A stretch of DNA of 64,000 nucleotides from Antedon mediterranea. Taxonomy: Eukaryota; Animalia; Echinodermata. The stretch lies in assembly GCF_964355755.1 (NCBI RefSeq), contig NC_092674.1:23250001-23314000 (forward strand), in the 5' to 3' direction. The position numbers were made by a program, and so were the translations under genes. The notes beneath the pieces were generated by a model. That model did no database searches. It was not told where the DNA came from and saw only the letters and a list, made by a program, of their open reading frames with translations. Below are positions 1 to 36,800 of the stretch, piece after piece. Within the stretch, counting starts at the first letter, position 1. Each line of letters starts with the position of its first letter.

Positions 1-25283
<25,283 letters not shown>

Positions 25284-25965
25284 AATGTGTTCATTGCTTT
25301 ATGTGCAATACTATAGCGTATCCAGTGAATAAGGAAAGAGATGTGATTTATGTATGTACTGATAACAGAAATAATTTTAAATACCAGAACAGAAAATTGG
25401 TACATATTTAAAAAAAACTTAAAATAATGTTTATTGTCCAAAAATGAAGAAAATAAAGATGTTATACTGATAATGAAAAAGAAGTTAATATGGTATGTAC
25501 ATAAAATTATTACTAAAAAGGATATAGAATATTAAACAAAAAGTGGGGTTACTCAAGTGCCGCTCCTGGGTACGCCACTAAGAATAAGTTATTTATAATG
25601 TATAGGATGTAATTTGTGTATTGCTTAAAAAGCAGAGTATGATATTGTAGTATACATTTATAAAATACTTTTTACACAACATTTGCACTAGTCAACCCTG
25701 GTTAACCTAGTTAAGTCTTTGTAACCTAGTTAACTCAAGATTGTAAAATCAGTTAACTTTTTGCAAAACCAATTTTAAACTATAATTAAAAACTAAAATT
25801 TAAAACTATAATTACTCTTGAACACCCTGATTAATTAATAATTGATTAAAGATAAAAAATAAAAATCATTTTCTAAATGTTTATTTTCATGCGATGTGAT
25901 TTAGATTTGTCTCTACGTGATGGCTAAAGTGGGCTTACCTGGTTGTAAGCCTCCAGTTCACAATG

Positions 25966-26279
25966 GAGACTACAATGGAACCCTTTAGGGCACCATAAAT
26001 AGATAGAGACTACAATGGAACCCTTTAGGGCACCATAAATAGATAGAGACTACAATGGAACCCTTTAGGGCACCATAAATAGATAGAGACTACAATGGAA
26101 CCCTTTAGGGCACCATAAATAGATAGAGACTACAATGGAACCCTTTAGGGCACCATAAATAGATAGAGACTACAATGGAACCCTTTAGGGCACCATAAAT
26201 AGATAGAGACTACAATGGAACCCTTTAGGGCACCATAAATAGATAGAGACTACAATGGAACCCTTTAGGGCACCATAAA
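25966..26279. repeat. 40-bp minisatellite x8 downstream of the HERC2 stop
   Basis: GAGACTACAATGGAACCCTTTAGGGCACCATAAATAGATA, identical copies. Confidence 0.97.
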
Positions 26280-27114
26280 AAGGACACTTTCCAGTAAAAT
26301 GAATGAGTGACAATATATGTTTTAAAACTATGTCCAACCCCTATTAATGGGGGACCCTATTAAGGAACACTTTGTTGGGTCCCGAAGGTGTCCGCTGAAT
26401 ATGAGTTCTGCTGTATACAAAAAGGTACACAATGACTACATTACTTCAAAATACAATGGTGCATATTACTTATATACCTGTTAATTGTCTTTCTTTGTTT
26501 TTTTTATATATAAAAGAAAATACTCTAGTCAATACTGGTTAACCTAGTTAACTCATGTAGACCTAGTGAAGTCTTTGTAAAATCTAGTTAAGTAGTTTAA
26601 AGTGTAATAACAATGCTGAAATAACAATGTGTAATGTACAGGAAATACTTTCTAATATCAATATCATATTTTTAGTGGAGTGGGATCAAAATTGCATTAA
26701 AAAAAATTATGGATTAATTAAGAAATGAGTAGAAAATATGTTTGTTGGGTAGCATTCTGACTACATCCAAAATATGCCTGTTATTCTCGGTGAAAGTTGT
26801 ACCAGGGAAGAGTGATCCCTGGTTGTACAGTACATATGTGTCATATTTAAATGTACATAACTGATAATAATAATAATGTAATTATTGATATAAAGAAAAA
26901 AATATGTTTTGACTGCGTGCATTAAATTTAGTTCATAATCTATAACAATATTTTGTTAATGTTTGTTTGTATAGTAGCCCATTTTTTCAAAAATATTCAT
27001 ATTGTGGCATTTTCAAATCTACACAGTCGCTTCCGTTTTTTTTTTTATTATTTATATGAAATATGACTTTTTCTTGTGAGAAATGCCTGTGTGTATTGAA
27101 GATTAAAATAATTA

Positions 27115-27120
27115 AATAAA
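27115..27120 (+). terminator. Candidate distal HERC2 poly(A) signal
   Basis: AATAAA followed by GT-rich TTATGTTGATGTGTATTT; other AATAAA hexamers occur nearer the stop. Confidence 0.35.
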
Positions 27121-27339
27121 TCAAAGATTATGTTGATGTGTATTTATTGCATACTACAGACATTGCTTCGGTATCTATTACTCTTAGGTGTATGACCATT
27201 AAATCGGAAATATTAATAACTAAAAACGTTTTTGAATTGGTTTTATATTAGAATAAAACCAGCAAAAATATTTCAATATATAGCGTTTTACTTTGTAAAT
27301 TAAAATTGTGCCTCTATTTAATATTTTAATAGAAAAGTT

Positions 27340-27824
27340 TTTACAGGTTGTACATGTAGAGGGCGTCGTTTTTGTTTCCGACGAATTAAATTATTAAGAA
27401 AGAGACCGGTGTTCGTCGTGAAAAGATCCAGAAAAGAGGAGGAGAGGCAACCATTCGCATTAAATTTCATCTTTTTGTCTAATTTCAAGGATTAGTTTTT
27501 CATGCGGCTGTTGTGGCCTTTGAAGAATACAATATGAAGGCTACAATTAAAATAATATTGGATATAAAGGATTAAACTTTCGATTAGTAGATCGTATTTT
27601 TACCGACACGGATAATCATCTGTAAAATCCTAGGCTAGCAATACTTGACAAGAAGGGCAATCATCCCCGGGTGAGGACGTAACATTTGGTGGATCTTGAA
27701 TAAATAATCAGGCTAGCCTTGGCCTAGCGGGCTCTTGCTACAAAATTCTGATAAAGATCAATTTGAATGAACTAAACATTAAACGTTCTTGGATTTACTT
27801 GAATGAGCTATCAAACTTGACATA
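27340..27824 (+). promoter_or_regulatory. Putative ATP8A promoter/5' UTR
   Basis: Local rise in GC and CpG (GAGGGCGTCG, CCGGTGTTCGTCG) directly upstream of the first coding exon. Confidence 0.45.
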
Positions 27825-27849
27825 ATGGCTGATTTTTCTCGTCTGGATG
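27825..27849 (+). CDS. ATP8A1: ATP8A first coding exon (MADFSRLD)
   Basis: ataATGG context, strong donor G|GTAAGC, phase 1 matching all downstream candidate exons. Confidence 0.72.
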
Positions 27850-30800
27850 GTAAGCAATAAAATAAATATTATTATTAATAAATACATTTGCAGCAATTCA
27901 ATGCAGACCGGCAGTCCAGTGAACATGGTCGATGTCATTGTCACTGGATTGTTTAAAAAACTAAAGTTAATGTGTTCAGTCATTTTTGTGGAATGTTGTG
28001 TGTTCTTAGATTAACCGTTTCTTACGATCCAAACCCATTTTATTGTATAAGATTTTGTATTGCATTTGATTATCGATGAGGTCTAAAGAATTTAGTAACT
28101 GGTAATATTTGTTTGGTTGTCCAGCATACATAAGTAGTTATTATTATAGTCTTATTATTATACTCTAACCTTAAACACAGTGCCGTATTATCATAGTACA
28201 ATATAAAATGTCATTGTTATGTTAGATTATGATATTTAACCGATCATTTATATACCTAAATGTATGGGGGCGGCCATTAGTTAGGACCAGAATTGACAGT
28301 ACTGTATAATATATGCAGAAAGAACAAAGCAAAACGCGCAAAAAAAGGACATTTTAACGCAAAAACGTAAAGGAAAAATGTAAAACACAGAACATACTGT
28401 TGTTTAGTTAGTATGTACCATGTTTTGTCATTTCCGTGTTTTTCTTTTTTTTTATTTTCCTTTCTGCATAATACTGTATATTCATGGAGGAAATAGATAT
28501 ATATATATTATATTTTATATTTCCTCTATTGTCTATTCTGGCCCTAACGGCTGCCTATATAAATGGAGATAATCTGTTACAGTCGGTAGGTGGAAATCAC
28601 TAGGCCTACTGTATGCAAAATAAACATATTTTGTTTGTGCAATTCTATATTATAAACTGATTTTATCTCCTATTCCTAGTAATAATACATTTGATAGATT
28701 TGCCTGTCCACATGACATTGTGTTTTTTCTGATACTATTGTTTGTTGCCTGTGTGTCTAGTGTTTGTATACTGTAGTATGGTACTGGAGTGGTATTGATT
28801 GATTTCCCTACTGTGTAGTTTCCCTTTGTTCACTAAATCAACATTTAATTGTTTATTGTTTACCGTGTGAATACATGTTTAGATTATGAAATAGTGTGAA
28901 CTATAACTGTAATATTTGGTGATCCTTCTGTCATTCAAAACAATATAGGTTTTTTTAAACTACTACTTTACACTGTTATTATTTTTTCTTTTATTTACAA
29001 TAAGATATATTGTCCCCTGAATAAAAAAATGTTTAAACAATATTTTGTTGAAGCCATTTCAATGTCACAATTGAATAATTAATCCAAAAATTTGTTCGAA
29101 AAATTAAAAACAAAATTTACTTGTAAATTAACTTGTAATTTCAAGGAAAAAATTCTCGACCAAAAGTACATTTTTATTTTGTGTTAAATTTAACTGTTAA
29201 GTGGATATTAAATACTAAACTACAATTCAAAATGGCCATACAATGTTTAGTTTTTATTTATTCTTCTTTATTTGTGGGGTACAATTTAAATCTTTAATTT
29301 ACATCTTCCTACTTACTGTTATTATAATTATATAGCTTTTACTAGTAGTTTATTTTCTTATTTATCTGCTTGATTTATTATTAACCTACAGTAATGTATA
29401 CTGTACAAATTGCAATTATTTTATAGTTTACAGATATTTTGTTTCGAATTATAAATAATTATGATTTATATTAGGCATGTATCTAAGTATACAGTTTGCA
29501 TTAATATCTAATTAATCTATTATACACAATTAATATCATTTGTAATAATATAGTTTACAAAAGTACTTGATTATTTATAATTTACAATAATTTGCTATTC
29601 TTTTCTATACGGCCTCCCGCATGAAATATGTATGTAAAATGCCATTTTATATTTATGTGCTAAATTTTATATAGGCAGTGTACAAGAAGATACGTGCACT
29701 GACGCTGAAAAGGACACAGCTTTTATTCAAGGTACAAACAAATTAATTCTAAATTATAGAATAAGTGAAACTCATGATCAAAGAAATTACCAATACAATT
29801 TACCTAAAAACATAATCATAGTTTAGATCACTGCTTAAAATTGAAATTAGAAAACTAGAAAATTACTTGTGTTTGTATACACCCTAGTTGAAAAAAACAA
29901 GCTAATGTTTTCTTTTGTTTTGAAGAAATAGTTTAATACTTTTTACTATTACTACAGTAGTCATGATACTGTTACTTTCTGTACAGTAGATTCAACTTTT
30001 TGTAGAATTACTTGAACCAGTGTTGCTTGCTAGTGTAGTAGTAAAAGTAGGGTTTGTCACATTTTGCTAGTTAGATCCACTAGCAGCAAATGTTTTCTGT
30101 ACTACTAGCTTTTTTACTTGATAAAAAAGTAAATTTATACAGTGGTTTAAAGAGGCAAATTGAACCCATGACATTACAAATGAATCTCTATGATAAGGCA
30201 AATTTCAATATGAATTTTGATAGAATTATTTGATTATCTTGGGATTTTAAAAAAGGAATGTAAAGTCACTGAAGGTGTCAATACAAGGGGGAACATTTCA
30301 GTACCACCATGAAATATAACTACAAAATTGGTTAAATGAATGACCATTAATCAAGACACTTCAGATGGTCACACAATACATTAGGACCACTGATCAAGCT
30401 AAGGATAAAAATTGTCTTTGGATTATTACATTAGTGGTGTTATTTTAGTTCAAAATCTTGCAAAATGACCAAATTTCAATTGCCATGCAAAATTATTTAC
30501 CCTTAGGGGTCACATAATTTGCATAATTCAAAATGGTGGCTATATTGCATTAATATGCGATCTTTAAAAATACTGACAACAGACTTTTGCTTTTGTGTCA
30601 AATTGTTTAAAAAAATTTTCTTTCCTATCAAGTCTAATGAAAACTTTGGCCAAAAAAATAGCAGGAAATAGCTTTTTTGACCTTTGACCCATATTTCAGG
30701 GTATAGGCCATCTCAATTAGTTATACAGTGGATTATAAAATCAAATAACAAAAATTATAATTAATTATTTACCTAACCTACTGTAGATGATTGCTCAGTA

Positions 30801-33800
30801 TTTTTACCAATAAAAGGTCATATTACATTTTCTAGGCAGTGTACAGCAAGGGCCATGTACCATTAGTAGTCCTGCAATGGATACAGGTTACATTCAAGGT
30901 ACCGACATGATTTAATTATTATCCATTTTAAAATCATGATCAAAGAAATTACCAGTTTTTACAAAACAAATATCTAAAAGACTTTTTCTAAGAGTTATTG
31001 AGGCAAACAATGTGCTGTATGGATTACATTGTAAAACAGTGGTTAACTTGTGTTTTGCCAAAACGCCAGATTTGCCAGATTAAATTTGCTCAAACCAGTA
31101 TAAAAAATGGTGCGAAGAAAATAATACATAAAATAAAATAATAGTTATTTGGCCAGGTCATTAAAAACATAGACCAAGAGAAATTGGAGGCTACTGTAAT
31201 TATGTCAAATTGTATAGACAAAGAACAATATTTTTTTTACTTTTCTGTATAGATTATTTACAAGTAAAATTTGGTTCTTCGCTTTAATTTGCAGGACTTA
31301 ATTTCTATATTGGGAGAATACTGTAAAAACTATAGTTTTAGAAATGGGTGCAAGGACTTTTTTAATTTTATGTCGAATATATTGGAAAAATAAACACAAA
31401 GTGGGTGGGGTTTTAAACTAAAATAATATGGACATCCTTTAATATTCGTATTGTCTTAAATTAAATACAGTAATTTAGCAAACAGATACATTACCATTTC
31501 CTTTAAAAAGCAGTGAACATTTTGTAGGTATTAAGATTTCAGACATAAAAAATAAATATCAATTTAATTTTTGAAAACTAAAAAAAAACATTTTTTTTTG
31601 CCTGCAATCCAAATACATTATTTTCTAGATTTATTTTTTAGATACTATTTAATGTAATTTGACAACATTAATTTAACTTGTTATTTCATAACAGTATCAA
31701 CACATATTTGAACATATTTTGAACGTGTTTTCTATTTAATAGTTGTTCTACGATATGATTTCTCTTTTATTTTTATGCTAACAATTGGAATCTAGTCCGC
31801 TTTGCTGGTGGTAAGATTCTAGAAAATAATTTACATCATTTACAAAACAAAGATTACACACATTTTCAATCAACACTTTAACATTATGGGATTCTTTGAT
31901 CATGATTGATATGGTTAAATTTAGAAACAGAATGCAAGAAATTTTAATTCTAAACGCACAATAATAATATTAATATTAGCACATTATTTTAATAGTGCAT
32001 GGCTTTAAAACATTTGTAAATATTTCAAACTATATTTTTCTTGTTCTAATCGTTAGGGATCATGTCAAAATGATTATACTGCTGTCACTGCAGTAACTAC
32101 TGTACATTTGCTTACTGCAGTAACATACAGTACTGTATCAGTGATTTTAGTTTTTTTCAATGTACTGTAGAAGTTGAGGCAGTGTGTTGATTACACCAAA
32201 CATGAATGAAGAGCTTAAAGAAGAGTAAACAATGTATATTTACTGCAGTAGCTGCAGTAGAATAATCTTGACATGGTTCCTTATAATGTTGCATGATATG
32301 TTAAATCTTACAGTATTTTGCTAGCTTGTTGTTGTTATTGTTGAATTTATAGTTGTGATTTTTATTTTGACCCGCATGTTTCTTTCGGTGTTTTTCTTTT
32401 TCTTGATGTTTGGTGTTTAGAAAGTGAAAACGTTGATTCTACAACTAGCAACCAGCTTTTGTCTTATACAGAGGAAGGCGTGCACATTCACGAGCGTGGG
32501 GCGCGCAGTCACGATGACAGTACGTCACGAATGATCTCATTCCGACACCTACACACAACAGACTTCTTGACAAATAGAGTGAAGTAAGTGGCACATTGGA
32601 TTTAGCAATTTTTGTGTTGGGCTATTATTAATTAATTGTACAAATTATTTTCCTATCCAGCACAGAGAAATGACACGTTATCACATTCATTGAGCAAATA
32701 GAAACTTGCTAATAAAGCAGCAATACATTCTACAACCAGTAGTAGATAAGACTTATTTGTCAATGACATCCGTTATGAAAATGATAGTCTAACATCCTTG
32801 CCATTAGATTTGTTGATTACATAATATCACATGCTGTGCATGAGTGTGCATATGTACAGTACTGTAGCTTCATTTCCATGATTAGGTGGTACATTGCATG
32901 AATTATTGCAACATGAAACTGGCTAAATGACAATTTTTTTTATGGGCCTACAGTATGGCCTAGTTTTCGACAGTCCAGTTAATAGGCCATTTAACCTTTC
33001 AAATATTGTGTTCAAATAATGAAAAAATGTTTTCTAATCAAATATTTTATATTCTTGTTTATTCATATCACACCTCCCAGAAACAATGCTCTTCTCTAGC
33101 TAGTTTCATTCAATCCCTTCCAACCCAGCTATTGTTTTAGCTTTCACACCAGTCCCACCCTATTTTACTTGTATTCCAAGTTTCCTGGACTTTCTGCATT
33201 CTCACTCCTGAGGACTATCACATACTAATATTGATCGAAATGTTGAGAAACTCAACAGTTCTTTTTAGAACTAATATGTGGTGTACTGCACACTTTACAG
33301 TGTAATCCTATTAACATTTTTATCTTGTTAATAAATTTTACCTTGTAAGGGAATTCCCAATGTGGTTTAACTGATCAATAGATTGATTGATTATAATATT
33401 AAATGAACCAATGCAATATGTGACATACAGTAATCATTTATACTATATAATGCATTAGAGTAATAGTAATATTTTAATTATTTTCATTATCTTTGTTTTT
33501 AGCACTGGAAAATATACATTTTTGACATTTATTCCCATCTTTCTGTATGAACAATTTCGCCGCTATGCCAACATCTTTTTTCTGTTCATTGCTCTAATGC
33601 AGGTAGGTTTATGTTAGTACCAAGTTTGATTTTAATAAAGCCATAAACATTACAATAATTTAATATCCAAAATATGGCCATGTAATCTCTGTTATTCCTT
33701 AGGCTTCTAAACGGGTAACATTTTAACTTGAGTAATGAAAACCTTTAAACGCTCCTTTTGATGTAACCTAATCTAAAGCTTTGTCTACAGTACACTATTA

Positions 33801-36800
33801 TTCAAACTAGTTTGACAAAAAGTGTGATGTGTTCAAATATGGTAATTATGCCCAAATATGAGTGATGATATGACATCATCATGTCCATATATGTTTTCAT
33901 GTAAAAAATATGTATCACAATAAAATATACTTTAATGTTATAACATATTGCTCGTCAACAGCAGGCAAACTGTCTGCCAATTGCAACATCTGACAAATTA
34001 ATTATTTTCATGAATCTGTTTTTACTGCTAATTATTACTGGTATTGTTACTGCAACATTGACTGCTATTTGAGTATCCATTATCATTTGTTATCATTATC
34101 ATTATCATTTGTTATCATTATCATTATCATTTTAGGTCCTCAAAAGTGACATAGAAAAACAACAAACATAGTTTTTTTTTTTATTTTCCCATGTTTAAAA
34201 ATCAATGATTAAATTTATTCATTATGATTATTGCCAAACTTGAATTTCAAGGTAAGAATATTATATACATAATAACTATATTATTCAAATAATCTGTTCC
34301 ACCCCACTTTGAAAAACAGCCAACCCCCTCCCCTATAAGACATCGTTTGCAATAAATTCCCCAGGTCTTTATTTTTTTCCTCAAATAAACTCCCTGTCAC
34401 ATGCACACAATATTTTATTATACTGTAACACATTTCTATTTGTAGTAGAATTCATTGACTTCCATGATCTATAATTAACCAATTATTTTTAAAGAATATT
34501 TACTATAGGCTATTAATTGTGTTGTATTTTTTCATATTTGGGAGAATTTATTTGATTATCCTTGTTACCAGATTACTGTACACCAAAAAAATAATAAATG
34601 CCTCCCTTGAATAATTTCCTCCACTAAAAACCCTCCCAAACATAAACGCAGTAAAATAAATACTTTATACAAAACAATTACGTAAGTGCATTACTAACAT
34701 TTTCCTATTGGGAACAAGCTCCTTTCAACAGCGTAGTTCACTACAGTATTTTATGATAATCATGTCACATCACATCATAGTAGTCTAATAGTAGAACATT
34801 GTAATTTGCTACTCTAGCATATGTTCCAAGCTAATTTTCTAATACTTATTAAGGCCTCATTTAGTAGATAGCTCTGAACGTATTACGAGCAAAACGGGTG
34901 ACCTTTCTCATTGTCAGGTCGTCCACTGGCTCATTAACTACTGTAGTACAGTAAATGAATGAAAAATGATTAATACACATTGACAGTAAATTGTAAATTT
35001 GTCCCCAGAAGTATTACCATACCGGTACTGCATAATCTGCCCAGGAAAAAATATTCATGATAATTTATAATTACAAATCTGTTTGGTCATTACAAAAAAA
35101 TTACTGAATCTCAATTTTTAAAACTGATGTAAATATTTATACTGTTTTATGCTCTGTAATATACATTTTCACTGTTTACTTAATTGTTTTTATGATATTG
35201 TGATTTCAACATAATATCAACATAATTAATCTACTGTATTGACCTCAGACAGAGACTGTAATATCGTTTAAATATTCATATTGTTTATCATACTGTGTAT
35301 GTGCAATAAAAGTTGGCCCACAAAAGAGAATAAAAAAACAAACCAAAATTACAATATTGTAATTAAAGAGGTATCAAAATAAATAGCTTTAGATTATTGT
35401 AATATTAGAAAATAGAAAACTACTGTATTTCCTCATATAAACCAACATATACGGAAACAAACAGAATAAAACAACAATAATCACTTTTCATAAGTACGTT
35501 TTTTTTTTAAATCAATTTTTATCGTCATTTTATTGCCATCGACATATTTTAACTAATTGTATTTTTAAAAATGTATATGAATGTAAATGTAGTTTCTTTT
35601 TAACATCAAAATAATCTTAGTCTTATGTATATACTGTTCAAAAGATATGTATTTTTTTAACAATGTACAGTACCTTTTAAGTAAGAGAAATATATAAATG
35701 TGCATATATACATATATTATTATATTTATAGAACTATAACAAAAGTGGGACGAACCCACACAAGACAAAAAAAAAACCAACATATACTTTTCCTGCAGTT
35801 TTACTAGATAGAATTTTTTTAACTAAAATGTGATTTTTCTATTTTGTACATACTCCTTAGTTTTAACCTTGATGGTTCTAGAGGTAGCATAATTTATGCA
35901 TCAGGTAAAGAACTCGTGAGATTAGAAATATAAACAAAATCAATACACAAGTTATTTGATATTGAAGAAGAAGAAACTGTAGTGATGGATTATCCATGGC
36001 AAATGCTTTTAATTCATTAATCAATCTGCTATTTTATAAGGTCACAAATGTCATTTGCACAAAGGACAACAGTTAAACTGTATATTAAATATGTGTACAC
36101 ACACAACTAGTTAGCAAGCAATCATAGAATGGATTTAAGCTGTTTCGAATCATATCTAAGTTACAATAAAAGTAACAGTATAAAATACATGTGATATCTC
36201 TTAATTACTCTCTGTCTTCAATAAAACTCTGATCCTGCAATATAACTGATAATTATCTTCATTTTATCTGTAATAATTGAACACAAAATAGGTTTGGCTG
36301 TATTTAATTCTGATAGTAAAAATTGCATGTAACACATTCAGTATCTTTTGCTAAAAAACTGTATTGAGTCTACAGAAAATTGAACTTGCCAGCTTTCCAA
36401 AAAGTCCATTGAAAAAAAAAAATTTGGTTTATAGATTTTGTCACCCATCTCTTCAGTAATTGAATTTTGTTTATATATTTTTTTTCAGCAAATTCCAGGG
36501 GTTTCACCAACAGGGCGCTACACTACGCTTGTTCCACTTTTATTCATTCTGTTTGTGTCCGCCGTCAAAGAAATAATTGAAGATTTTGTAAGTATTTACT
36601 CTATTTCTCATTGTTCTCAGCCACCTGTTTTAGTCTAGTCTACTACACAATCAATTTTAAAAAGCCTTTCTCCAGTCTATGTTGGACTAAGAAAAAAAAT
36701 TACCATCGATCTATAGAGTTATGTATTTTTGCCATTACACAGTGTAGTGTCATAAAATTATTAAATTATTTTGTTTTGTTGTTACTTTAGAAAAGACACA

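Noticed and set aside
25966-26279. 40-bp array as a CRISPR array
   Set aside because: No variable spacers and no cas genes; it is a simple VNTR.
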